From the human T2T-CHM13v2.0 reference genome, Homo sapiens: a stretch of DNA of 64,000 nucleotides. The notes beneath the pieces were generated by a model that was given only the letters and a program-made list of their open reading frames with translations, did no database searches and had not been told where the DNA came from. Positions 28,830 to 40,722 of the stretch are shown in pieces. The DNA lies in the NCBI RefSeq assembly GCF_009914755.1, contig NC_060935.1; one strand, 5' to 3'. Numbering within the stretch: position 1 is the stretch's first letter; every line of letters begins with the position of its first letter. The position numbers and the translations under genes were made by a program.

Positions 28830-29015
28830 AGACCTTGGCATTTTTCAGTTCAAGATTTGAATTCTTGTTCAAACACTTTCAAATTTTATGACCTTGTGCA
28901 AGTTAGTTACTCAGAGCCTGACTACCCACATCAGTAGTGGTTATATAATACCTATCTTACTGAATTATTTTGAAGGTGAAATTCCAGTGCAGTGCTTGGC
29001 ATACTTAATTTATGT
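28830..29015 (+). mobile_element. MIR
   Basis: ATGACCTTGTGCAAGTTAGTTAC..ATAATACCTATCT..CAGTGCTTGGCATA. Confidence 0.55.
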
Positions 29016-29924
29016 ATAAACCTCTTCTCTCTCTCCCTTTATTTTATTTACATAGATCAAACAATTTTTTGTAGGATTATGTTACATATTTTCATGTGAC
29101 TAAAATATATTTCCATATATATTTTCTGATTCCGTCTATAATGTGAAAATAACTTTTTCTTGTATCTAGACACTTCAGTGGAATAATTTTAATGGTTTTA
29201 TTTTAATTTCTTGTATTTTTGGTGAGTATTATTTCATCTCTTATTTTGTTTTAAAATTTTTCTGTTTTGTCTATAACTTATTAGTGGCTTTAACTCATTA
29301 TTTTTCTATTAAATGTAATGCTGACCGTCTGATATATGTGTGTATACCTATGTACATATATACACATATTCATATCAAGTATACCACATTATAATTAGTT
29401 GTCTTGTATCCTTTGGCTCCTCTAGATTGACATTTTCAGATTTTCCTTGTCTTTGAAGATTTTTGTCAATTTTGAGGAGTAATTTCAAGGTATTTTGTTC
29501 AGGTGTTTCTGGTATGATTGTATCTCTTTTGTTTATACTACTGTTGTTATCCTATTGAAGGGCATCTTTTTTGCTTCCAGTTTTTAGCTATTTTACATAA
29601 AGTTGCTATGTTCACTTATATGTAGGTTTTTATTTGGGCATACATTTTTTCAGTTAGTTGGATAATTACCCAGGAGCACAGTTGCCAGATTGTATGATAA
29701 TACAATTTACAATTGCCTGATGACTAATGTGCTGAGCTTCTTCTCATATGCTTTAAAAATTTTATGATTATCTTCTTTGGTAAGGTATCTGTTCAGATCT
29801 TTTGCCCATTTTTGAAAATAGTTTTTGTTTTCTTACTGTGGAGTTTTCAAAGTTTGTGACGTACTTTGGATGAGAATCCTTTTTCAGCCATATGTTTGCA
29901 AGTATTTCCTCCCAGTCTGTGGCT

Positions 29925-30364
29925 GGGGATTTCAGTTTCCTATTGCTGCTGTAACAAGTCAGCGACTTAAATAATACAAACTTATCCACTAACATTTCCT
30001 GGGGGTCAGAAGTCTCAGAAACATGGTATTGCCAGTCTATATTCTGTTTACAGGCATTAAGGGAGAATTCTTTTCCTTCCCTCTTTTAGCTTCTAGAGGC
30101 TGCCTGCATTTCTTGGCTCATGGCCCCATCCTCCGTCTTCAAAGCCAGCAGTACAGTATTTTGCAGTCTCTCTCTATGACTCTGCTGCCTCCTTTTTTAA
30201 GAACCCTTGTGTTTACTTTGGGATAACCCAGATAATTCAGGATAATCTCTCTATCTCAAAATCCTTAATCACATCAGCAAAATCCCTTTTGCATGTAAAG
30301 TGACATATAGGATCTGGAGATTAGAATGTGGACATCTTTGGGGGCCATTACTCAACATATGACA
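29925..30364 (-). mobile_element. MLT1D MaLR LTR
   Basis: GTTTCCTATTGCTGCTGTAAC..GCTTCTAGAGGCTGCCTGCATTTCTTGGCTCATGGCCCC..GTGGACATCTTTGGGGGCCATTA. Confidence 0.8.
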
Positions 30365-30641
30365 CTTGTCTTTTGATTCTCTTAGTAGCCTATTTCCAAA
30401 AGAAGTTGTTTTAAAACTTTTAACAAAGGTCATTTTATACATTTTCTTTGATGGATTTTGCTTTTGGTATGGTACCTAAAAATTAATCATCAAACCAAAG
30501 ATCACCTAGATGTTCTCCTGTGTTTTCTTCTATAAGTTTTACAATATGCCGTATTCTATTTAGCCTTATGATTCAATGATTCATTTTGACTTAATATTTA
30601 TGACAGTATAAGGTCTGCATTAGGATCCATTATTTTATACA

Positions 30642-31050
30642 AGTATTAGTTCCTTAGCACTGCTGTAACAAATTACTACAAGTTTGCTGGCCTAAAACAA
30701 CACAAATTTATTATTTTACAGTTCTTGAGATCAGAAATCCAAAATGGGTTTTGGGAGCTGTGTTACTTCTGGAGGTTCTAAGGGAGAATTTGTCTCCTTG
30801 TCTTTGCAGCTTCTAGAGGTCACCTCAATTTCTTGGCTCATGGACACTCCCCCATCTTTAAAGCAGTAGTGTGACATATTCAAATCTCTGCCTCTGTTGT
30901 CACATCTTATTCTCTCATTCTTTCCCTCCTGTTTCCCTCTCATAATACACTGTGATTGCTTACTTTGACCGGGATAATCCTGTATAACATCCCATATCAG
31001 AATCTTCAATGTAGTCACATCCACAGGGTCCCTTTTATCACATAAGGCAA
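30642..31050 (-). mobile_element. MLT1D MaLR LTR, broken at 31050 (terminus found inverted at 31356-31375)
   Basis: GTATTAGTTCC..GCTGTAACAAATTACTACAA..AAACAACACAAATTTATTATTTTACAGTTCT..GTCCCTTTTATCACATAAGG. Confidence 0.8.
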
Positions 31051-33775
31051 AAAAATACCAGCAAGCTATTTTGTAGACATCAATAAACTGATTTTAAAGT
31101 TTATACAAAAGGAAAAAGCCTAGAATAGGGAATGCAATACTGAAAAAAAAAAAAAACAAAGCTGGAGGACTCACATTACATGATTTTAAGACTTGCTATA
31201 AAGCTATATAATTAAGACAGAATGGTGCTGGTGAAAGAATAAACACATAGGTATGAAAAGAGCCCAGAAATAGACCCAGATGAAGATGTTCAACTGACTG
31301 TTAAAAAGGAGTACAGACAATGCATAGGGTATCGGAATAACTGGGTATCTATATGTGTGGTAGATAGGATAATTGAAGATACAGAATAATAGGTTATATA
31401 GATTCAATGGGGTTGCATTGAATCTATATAACAAGAGGGAAGGACTAATATCTGAACAACTTGAGTTTTCCATTCTATGAACATGGATTATTTATTTAGA
31501 TATTTAAAATGTTTTATCGTAGTTTTGTAGTTTTTGGTCTTAGAGTCTGTAAATGTTTTAAAATATTTTTGGGTTTATACTGTTTTTATTTTGCTAGTAC
31601 AACTGTAATTTCAAATTGGTTTTTGAATTTCAAATTCCAATTATTTATTTCTGCTTATTCAAGACGGTAAAGCAATTAACTTTTGTGTATTAACTCATAT
31701 CCTTCCTGCAACTTGCTCTAATTGCTGATTTGTACCAGGCGATTTTCTTTTATCAATTATGTAGGATTTTCTACATATACAGTTATATCTGTAAACAAAA
31801 GCTTTTTTCTTTCTTCTTCTGTATTTTTTTATTTCTCTTTTTCTTGACTTTCAGTACAATGTTGGGTAGGAGTAGTGAGAGAGTACATCCTTGCCTTGTT
31901 CCTGATCTTAAGGGAAAAGCACCCACCTTCTCACCACTAAGTATAATATTAGCTAAAGTTTTTTTGTGAATATTCTTTATGAAACTGAGGAAATGTTCTA
32001 TTTCTGATTTGTTGAGAGTTTCTTTTTTATCCTAAATGGGTGTGATTTGTTTTCTGTATCAACTGATATGTTCATTTTTTTTCTTTAGTGTATTGACATG
32101 GTAGATAACTGAATCGGTTAATTTTTAAAAACAGATATAGCCTTCTATACCTGAAACAAATCCCACTTCATTGTGATCTATAATTCTTTGTATATATTGT
32201 TGGATGTGATTTGCTAATATTTTGTTAAAGATTTTTGCATCTATGTTCATAGCACATATTGATCTGTAGTTCCTCGTCTTCATAGTGAAAATTTATCTGT
32301 TTTTGGTATTAGGGTAGTGCTGGCCCCACAAAATGAGTAAGAAAGCATTTCCTCAGCTTCTATTTTCTAGACTAGATTATGGAGAATTGATATCATTTCT
32401 TTATTAAATGTTTGGGAGAATTCACTAGAGAAACTATCTGGGCCTAGTGCTTTCTTTTTTAAAATAAGTTATTAATTATTGATTCAAAGTTCAGTAATAG
32501 ATATAGACCTATTCAGGTTATCTATTTCTTCTAGATGAGTATTGGTAGTTCGTGTCTTTCAATAAATTTCTCCATTTCATTTAAGTTATTAAATTTGTGG
32601 GCAGAGAATTGTTCACAGCATTCCCTGATTATCCTTAGTGACCATGGAATCAGTAGTCATAATCTGTATTTCATTTTCTATATTAATAAGGTGTGAATTT
32701 TTAAAATTTCTTGATTAGCCTAGGTGGAGGCTTACCAATTTTATTGATCTTTTGAAGAAGCAGACTTGTATTTTGTTGATTTTCTCTAATTTTTGTGTCT
32801 CCGATTTTATAATTTTTACTCTAATTTTATTATTTCTTTTTTTTTTTTGCTTGTTTTTGGCTTAAATTGATCTTCTTTCTCCAGTTTCCTAAAGTAAAAT
32901 TCTAGATTATTTAGTTTAAATCTTTTTTTAAATATATACATCAATGCTATAAATTTCCCTCAAAGCACTGCTTTTGCTGAATCTCACAAAATTTGGTGAG
33001 TTGAATTGACATTTTATTTAATTCAGAACATTTAAAGGTTTTCTGGAGTCTTCTCAGATCTGTGCGTAAATTTGAAGCATGTTGTTGAATTCCCAAATGT
33101 ACAAATTTTCTAGCTATCATTCTGTTTTTGATATCTTGTTTATTTCACTGTGGTCAGACAATACACTTTGTGTATCTTTTCACTCTTTTAAATTTGTTAT
33201 GGTGTGTTTTATGGCCCAGAATAGTCTATCTTGATGAATGTTCTTCATGATCTTGAGGATAATATGTATTCTGCTGTTGTTGGGTGAAGTATTCAACAAC
33301 AATGACAATACATATCAAATAAATCAAGTGGATTAGTAGTGTTGTTCAGGTCAATTATGTCCTTACGGACTTTCTGCCTGTTCGTTCTATTAACTAAAGA
33401 GGAGTGCTGATAATTTTTTGGCCTCACATATTTTAATGACTATTTGGCCTCACATATTTTGATGCACTATAGTTAGGTCAATATACATTAAGAATTGTTA
33501 TGTCCTTTGGAGAATTGATCTCTTTGTTACTATGTTTTAGTCTTTCTTTATCCCTGATTATTTTTCTTTTAGTCAAATCTGCTTTGTCTCAAAATTAACA
33601 TAGTACTCCAGCTTTGTTGTGATTAGCATGGTATATATTTCTCCATTTCTTTACTTTTAAATTACTTTAGTCTTTGTATTTAAAGTTCTTTTTCTACACA
33701 ACAGGTATTTAGGTCTCTTTTTTTTCACTTTATTTAAATCCATCCTGATAATCTTTGTCTTTTATATGGTATATT

Positions 33776-35232
33776 TCTCTTGTTCCAGAGCTTAGAGAAA
33801 TGGCCTTCAGTTTTTTCCCTAGTCAGTATATTAGCTGTGGGTTTGTCATGTGTAGATTTTGTTATTTTTAAGGTAAGTTCCTTTTATACTCAGATTGATG
33901 GGGATTTTTACAATAAAGGGATGTTGAATTTCATCAAATGCTTTTTTTGGCATCTTTTTAAAGAATCATACTTTTTTTCTTGAAATTTGTTAATGTGATG
34001 TAGCATATTAATTGAGTTGCATGTGTTGAATCATCCTTGTATCTCTAGGATGAATCCCATTTGATCAGGGTGAATGGTCTTTTTAATGTGTTGTTGAATT
34101 CAGATTGCTGGTATCTTGTTGAGGATTTTTGCATCTACGTTCATCGATGATGTTGGCCTGTACTTTTCTTTATTGTTGTGCCCTTGTCTAATTTTGGTAT
34201 TAGGGTAATGCTGGTCTCATAGAATGAGTTTGGAAGTATTTTCTGCTTTTTAATTTTTTTGAAGAGTTTGAGTAAAATTGGCATTAGCTCTTTAAATGTT
34301 TGTTAGAATTCAGCAGTGAAGCTGTCAGGTCCTGGGCTTTTCTTTAATCGGAAGCTATTTATTATAGCCTCAATCACATTACTCATTATTGGTTTATTGA
34401 GATTTTCTATTTTTTTTATGTCTCAGTACTGGTAAGTTTTATGTATCTAGAAATTTATTTATTTCTTCAAGGTTTTGCAGTTTGTTGTCAAGTTCATAAT
34501 AGTCTGAAACTATTCATTGTATTTCTGACGTCTCAGTTGTTATATCATTTTTTGTTGCTTTAAATGTTATTTATTTGGATCTCTCTCTCTTTTTTAGTTA
34601 GTCTAGCCAAAGGTTTCCTGATTTTATCTTTTCAGAAAACCAAATTTTTGTTTTGTTGATCTTTTGTATGTTTTGTTGTTTCAATTATATTTATTCCTAC
34701 TCTGATCTTTACTGTTTACTTCTGCTAATTTGGGGTTTGGTTTGTCCTTGTTTTTGTAGTTCTTGGAGGTATATTGCTATAAACATCCCTCGTAGTACTG
34801 CTTTTGCTGTATCCCATAGATTTTGATATGTTGTATTTCCATTTTCATTTGTTTCAATAAATTTTAAAATTTATTGTCTAATTTCTTCATTTACCCATTT
34901 ATCATTGGGGAACATGCTATTTAATTGACATGTGTTTATAAAGTTTCTGAGGTTCCTCTTTTTATTAATTTCTAGTTTTATTCCATTGTGGTCAGAAAAG
35001 ATACTTGATATAATTTCTACTTTTTTGAATTTTTTCAGATTTGTTTTGTGGCCTAAGATACGATCTACTCTGGAGAACATTCCATGTGCTGATGGAAAGA
35101 ATGGATATTCTATAGCAGATGGGTGAAATGTTTTGTAAATGTCAGTTAGATCTAGTGTGTAGTTTAACTCCAATGTCTCTTCGTTGATTTTATCTCTGGA
35201 TGATCTATGCATTACTGAGATTGGGGTGTTGA
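33776..35232 (-). mobile_element. Second L1 ORF2 segment (L1MA-like)
   Basis: Repeats the ORF2 region already seen at 31890-33400 but with a different, younger-looking sequence. ORF track 34871..35314 contains FSDHNGIKLEIN. Confidence 0.8.
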
Positions 35233-35670
35233 ACACATAAGTTTCCTGGAGAGTGGCACACCCTGGGGGGGATGGAAGCTCCCTGTTCCTTTCCCCATAC
35301 TTTGCCTTATGCATCTCTTTTTCTCTGTCTTTTGTAATGTCCTTTAGACTGAACGGTAAACATAAGTGTTTCCCTTAGTTTTGTGACCTCCCTAGCAAAT
35401 TAATTGAACCAAAAGATGGAGTCATGGGAACCCCAGCATGAAGCTAGAGGGTCAGAAGTTTCAGAGGCTCAGAATTGTGACCATTGTCTGAAGTTGGAGG
35501 CAGTATTGGATTGGCACTTAATCTGTGTGATCTGATGCTATCTTTAGGTAGATAATGTCAGAATTGAATTGGTGGGTACCCAGCTGGTGTCTGCTGCAGA
35601 ATTGATTGCTCACTTGATGATAGGAAGAAATCACCTCCCAACATGTGATCATAGAAGTCTTCATGTTTTG
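35233..35670 (+). mobile_element. MER21-like ERVL LTR fragment
   Basis: GGATGGAAGCTCC..CCCCATACTTTGCCTTATGCATCTC..GGTAAACATAAGTGTTTCCC..CTAGCAAATTAATTGAACC..GGTAGATAATGTCAGAATTGAATTG. Confidence 0.75.
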
Positions 35671-36132
35671 ACATATACATGGTGAAGTGATTACTATAGT
35701 CAAGTAAATTAACATATCCATCATCTCACATAGCTAGCTGTTTTGTTTTGGGGTAAGGGTAGGAGTACCTAAAATCAACTCTCTTAGCAAGTTTCCAGTA
35801 CAGAATATAATATTCTTATGATAGACCTTGTGATGTAAATTAGATCTCTAGCCCTATTTATCCAAATAACTGCATTTTTGTACCCTTTGGCCTATATTTC
35901 CCCCACCTCTTCAATACTGGTTACTGCCTATGTAATATCTGATTCCATATATTTCAATTTTTGTCTTTCCTCTGTCTTTTAGATTTCATATATAAGTTAG
36001 ATTATACAGTATTTTTTATGTGTCTGGCTTGTTACATTTAGCATAATTCTGGGTGCATTTATGTTGTCACAAATATAAGAATCTTCTTTTTTAAGGCTAA
36101 ATAATATTCCATTGTGTATGTGTGTATATATG

Positions 36133-36177
<45 letters not shown>

Positions 36178-36250
36178 GGCAACTTCTTTAATAATCTGTT
36201 GATAAACCTTTAGGATGTTTCTATAACCTGCTATTGTAAATAATTCTGCT
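35671..36250 (-). mobile_element. L1MA (MA8-10-like) 3' end
   Basis: AATTAACATATCCATCATCTCACATAG..CTAAAATCAACTCTCTTAGCAA..TTTAAGGCTAAATAATATTCCATTGTGTA. Confidence 0.75.
36135..36177. repeat. (CA)n(TA)n microsatellite
   Basis: About 17 AC units followed by TA repeats. Confidence 0.95.
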
Positions 36251-36401
36251 CAAATAAATAAAATTAGAAATGAAAGAGGAGAGCAGGATATAGATATGAA
36301 GTAAGGTAAACAGACCTTGAGTATGAGATCATATGTTATTCTATTAGGAGTTGAGCGTTGGGCTGTTTTTAATGCTTGCTGTAGCTGTTGGTGATAGAGG
36401 C

Positions 36402-36702
36402 TTTTTTTTTTTTTTTTTGAGATGGAGTTTCACTCTTGTTGTCCAGGCTAGAGTGCAATGGCACGAGCTCACCTCACCGCAACCTCCACCTCCCAGGTTC
36501 AAGCAATTCTCCTTCCTCAGCCTCCTGAGTAGCTGGGATTACAGGCATGTGTCACCACACCCGGCTAATTTTTTGTAATTTTAGTAGAGATGGGGTTTCT
36601 CCATGTTGGTCAGGCTGGTCTCAAACTCCCAACCTCTGGTGATCCACCCACCTCGGCCTCTCAAAGTGCTGGGATTACAGGCATGAGCCACCGTGCCCAG
36701 CC
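36402..36702 (-). mobile_element. AluSp
   Basis: Diagnostics TTTCACTCTTGTTG, GTGCAATGG, TCACCGCAACC and TTTCTCCATGTTGGTCAGG. TSD core GATAGAGG at 36393-36400 and 36704-36711. Confidence 0.9.
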
Positions 36703-36787
36703 AGATAGAGGTATTTAATACCACTAATGTCATATTTTTCTCCCCTCTTGGCTTTGGGCTTTTGAAAATACTATTTAGAGATGGTCT

Positions 36788-36790
<3 letters not shown>

Positions 36791-36838
<48 letters not shown>
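36791..36838. repeat. Pure poly(T) tract, 48 nt
   Basis: Counted directly from the sequence. Confidence 0.95.
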
Positions 36839-36840
<2 letters not shown>

Positions 36841-37663
36841 AGTTTTTTGATAGATCTTGCAGTTTTTTTCAGCTCTACTCCACTCTTACAGTGTTACATT
36901 ATCTTTTTTTTTGCTGGAATTTGAGGGTATAGGGCAGGAGGAGCATTTTATAATCTTTTGATGAAGTTTCAGATTTTTAGTTGGCCTGCATCTTGTGGCT
37001 GTGACCTTCACCAGTTTTTCTCCACTGATGTACTTCCTCCTCTCTCCACCCCTGCCTCTTAATTTCTTTCTTGGCTTCAGTGTTCCTAATCTATTTCCTT
37101 GAAACACCATCCCCTGTTAACTACGTATTTTTTCCCTTTGGAGAGTAAAAGGATTTTGCAGGGATCTCTACTGGGGAGGAAATTCCCTTCCCCCAGCCGT
37201 GATAAGATTTCAAAATTATATTCTGGCAAAATACTTTTCTGTGGAGAGAAGGCTTTTATTATGAAGAAGGCTCTTGCCATGTCTTATAAAGGAGATTCTG
37301 TTTCCTTGCTAAGACCCAGAGGAACTCTTTCTTGGATCTTCATCATGAGAATCTGGTGGGTTCTTGATGGTAAGGTCCACAGAAGTATGGGGATCCCTTT
37401 CAAACTGCAATTATTTGCACTTTTTTACTTTTACATTGATCCATATTTGGCCTCCTGGAATCCACTAAAATTATATGCATTCTTCTAAATTTTGTTTCGG
37501 GGGGCTTCTATTTCGAAGTATATTACTGTTGCTGTATCTCTCTGGATGTACCTGTCTCTCTAGATTGGGGGATTTTTTTTTTTTTTTTGGTCCTGTGACC
37601 TCAGTTTTCTGATAGGTTTACATAGTCATTGATGTTCAGTTTTCTTGTTTTAAGAATGGACAT

Positions 37664-39657
37664 TTATTCAACATAGTATTGGAAGTTCTGGCCAGGGCAA
37701 TTAGGCAAGATAAATAAATAAAGGGTATTCAAATAGGAAAAGAAGAAGTCAAATTGTCTCTATTTGCAGATGACATGATTGTGTATTTAGAAAACCCCAC
37801 CATCTCAGCTCTAAATCTCTTTAAGCTGATAAGCAACTTTAGCAAAGTCTCAGGATACAAAATCAATGTGCAAAAATCACAACCATTCCTACATACCAAC
37901 AGAGAGCCAAATCATGAGTGAACTCCCACTCACAATTGCTACTAAGAGAATAAAATACCTAGGAATACAACTTACAAGGGATGTGAAGGACCTCTTCAAG
38001 GACAACTACAAACCACTGCTCAAGGAAATAAGAGAGGACACAAACAAGTGGAAAAGCATTCCATTATTTTGGATAGGAAGAATTAATATCATGAAAATGG
38101 CCATACTGCATAAAGTAATTTATAGATTCAGTGCTATCCCCATCAAGCTACCATTAATTTTCTTCACAGAATTGGAAAAAAACTACTTTAAATTTCATAT
38201 GGAACCAAAAAAGAGCCTGCATAACCAAGACAGTCCTGGGCAAGGACAAAGCTGGAGACATCATGCTACCTGACTTCAAACTACACTACAAGACTACAGT
38301 AACCAAAACAGCATGGTACTGGTACCAAAACCAATATATAGACCAATGGAACAGAATAGAGGCCTCAGAAGTAACACCACACATCTAACACATCTGATCT
38401 TTGACAAACTTGACAAAAACAAGCAATGGGGAAAGGATTCCCTATTTAATAAATGGTGTTGGGAAAACTGGCTAGCCATATGTGGAAAACTGAAACTGGA
38501 CCCCTTCCTTACATCTTATATAAAAATTAACTCAAGATGGATTAAAGACTTAAATGTAAGACCTAAAACCATGAAAACCCTAGAAGAAAACCTAGGCAAT
38601 ACCATTCAGGACATAGGCATTAGCAAAAACTTCATGAATAAAACACCAAAAGCAATGGCAACAAAAGCCAAAATTGACAAATGGGATCTAATTAAACTAA
38701 AGAGCTTCTGCACAGGAAAAGAAACTACCATCAGAGTGAACAGGCATCCTACAGAGTGGGAGAAAATTTTTGCAATCTATCCATCTGACAAAGGGCTAAT
38801 ATCCAGAATCTACAAGGAACTTAAACAAATGTACAAAAAAAAACCCCAAAAACCCCCATCAAAAAGTGGGCGAAGGATATGAACAGACACTTCTCAAAAG
38901 AAGACATTTATGTGGCCAAGGAACATACGGAAAAAAGCTCATCATTACTGGTCATTAGAGACATGCAAATCAAAACCACAAAGAGATACCAACTCACGCC
39001 AGTTAGAATGGTGATCATTAAAAAGTCAGGAAAAAACAGATGCTGGAGAGGATGTGGGGAAATAGGAACACTTTTACGCTGTTGGTGGGAGTGTAAATTA
39101 ATTCAATCATTGTGGAAGACAGTGTGGCAATTCCTCAAGCATCTAGAACTAGAAATGCCATTTTGACCCAGCAATCCCATTACTGGGTATATAACCCAAA
39201 GGATTGCGGCACTGTTTACAATAGCAAAGACTTGGAACCAATCCAAGTGCCCATCAATGATAGACTGGATTAAGAAAATGTGGCAAATATACACCATGGA
39301 ATACAGTGCAGCCATAAAAAAGGATGAATGAGTTCATGTCCTTTGCAGGGACATGGATGAAGCTGGAAACCATCATTCTCAGCAAACTAACACAGGATCA
39401 GAAAACCAAACACCACATGTTCTCACTCATAAATGGGAGTTGAACAATGAGAACACATGGACACAGGGAGGGGAACATCATACACCCGGGCCTATTGGGG
39501 GATGGGTGGCTAGGGGAAGGATAGCATTAGGAGAAATACCTAATGTAGATGATGGGTTGATGGGTGCAGCAAACCACCATGGCACCTGTATACCTATGTA
39601 ACAAACCTGCACGTTCTGCACATGTATCCCAGGACTTAAAATATAATAATAAAAAAA
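37664..39657 (+). mobile_element. 5'-truncated L1PA7-like (~2 kb: ORF2 C-terminal part and 3'UTR)
   Basis: TCTCTATTTGCAGATGACATG (SLFADDM) through CATGTATCCCAGGACTTAAAATATAAT plus A-tail. Degenerate TSD AAGAATG(G/A)AC(A/C)T at 37652-37663 and 39658-39669, at a TTTT/AA site. Confidence 0.93.
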
Positions 39658-40329
39658 AAGAATGAACCTGATGACTTCCAAGTGCTTTACATGTTAGAAG
39701 GGAAGTCAGAAATCAGGAGAGGTAATTTAAATATGTACTAGCAGAAGCTTTCTTTAAAATTGTATGCTTTGGACAAAAATTCAGTTTTTATCTTTAGAGG
39801 TATTCATTTTATGTAAACGTTGTTAGTGATAACTTTAGGTTTACTTTTTTCCTTTAATCAGTGTTTTTTCAATAATGTGCTGATGGAGTTTGGCAGATGG
39901 AGTGTGTTATGAGATCGATGGTGTACATATGGGGAGATTAGGCAATGTGCTTGTGCCCAAGTCTGGGTGTTTGACAGAAACTTAGATAATATTCAGTTTA
40001 GCAATCTTTGCTCTCAAACTGGATTTTCCTTGTGATGTTTTCATTACTGCACATCTTTCCTGTATCTAAATATTGGACAGATAATTGTGTGCTCTTTTAC
40101 GCTGATTGATCATAGAGATTTTTATGTCTTAGTGAAGCTGAGCCACGTAATGAGAGAGATATTGCTGGATAATTTTAAGTCTTTTCCAGCTATTGTCATT
40201 CTTCTTTCCCCAGGCATGTACTTGTTTGTATCCTTAGCTGAAATTTGCTTTTTTTTTTCTCCTCCAACTTTACCCCTTTCTGCTTTGAATAACTCCATTC
40301 TTTTTTTTTTTTTTTTCATACCAAATGCT

Positions 40330-40722
40330 GTACGCGTTCCCTAAATCACACATTGTTCTGCTTGGCACACTTCTTTTGCACCTGTTTGGACCTAATATTC
40401 ATTTCTTTCTTTTTTTGGCTCAGTTTTTTACCTTCTAGACCCTCCCTCCTTTTAAGCAGCTTTCCTTGATTCCCCTTGAACGTATTACATAGTGATATGT
40501 TCCACCTGGCATTTTCCCAGCATTACATTTTTATCTCAGAACTTATATTCTTTGTAACAATTGTTTAAATATTTCTGTCCTGCCAAAAAAAAGTGGGCTC
40601 CTTGGCCACAAGAGTTCCCCCTGTCCCCCTCTCTCTTTCTTAACTTTGTGCAGTAGAGCTTAGCAGAGTCTGGAGCCTATAAATGCTCAGTTCACATATA
40701 TAACACAGTGAATGATGAATGA
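40330..40722 (+). mobile_element. L2 3' fragment
   Basis: CTTAGCAGAGTCTGG..AATGCTCAG..GAATGATGAATGA. Confidence 0.5.

Larger units (their letters stand above)
29410..33775 (-). mobile_element. Ancient L1M (L1MC/L1MD-class) 3' end and ORF2, interrupted by two MLT1D and an internal inversion
   Basis: Long T-rich antisense ORF2 (GATTTGCTAATATTTTGTTAAAGATTTTTGCATCTATGTTCAT, AATGCTATAAATTTCCCTCAAAGCACTGC). Confidence 0.85.
36285..39714 (-). mobile_element. L1M 5' region, probably of the 29410-33775 element, split by AluSp, a poly(T) and an L1PA7
   Basis: Reverse-complement similarity to 1930-2450 (GGGCTGTTTTTAATGCTTGCTGTAGCTG, GGCTGTGACCTTC). Terminal piece ATGACTTCCAAGTGCTTTACATG resumes after the L1PA7. 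Confidence 0.6.

Noticed and set aside
36693-36932. ORF with a poly-Phe run
   Set aside because: It is a translation of the T48 homopolymer.
39495-39522. G-rich, G-quadruplex-like tract
   Set aside because: Standard, partly decayed L1 3'UTR feature.
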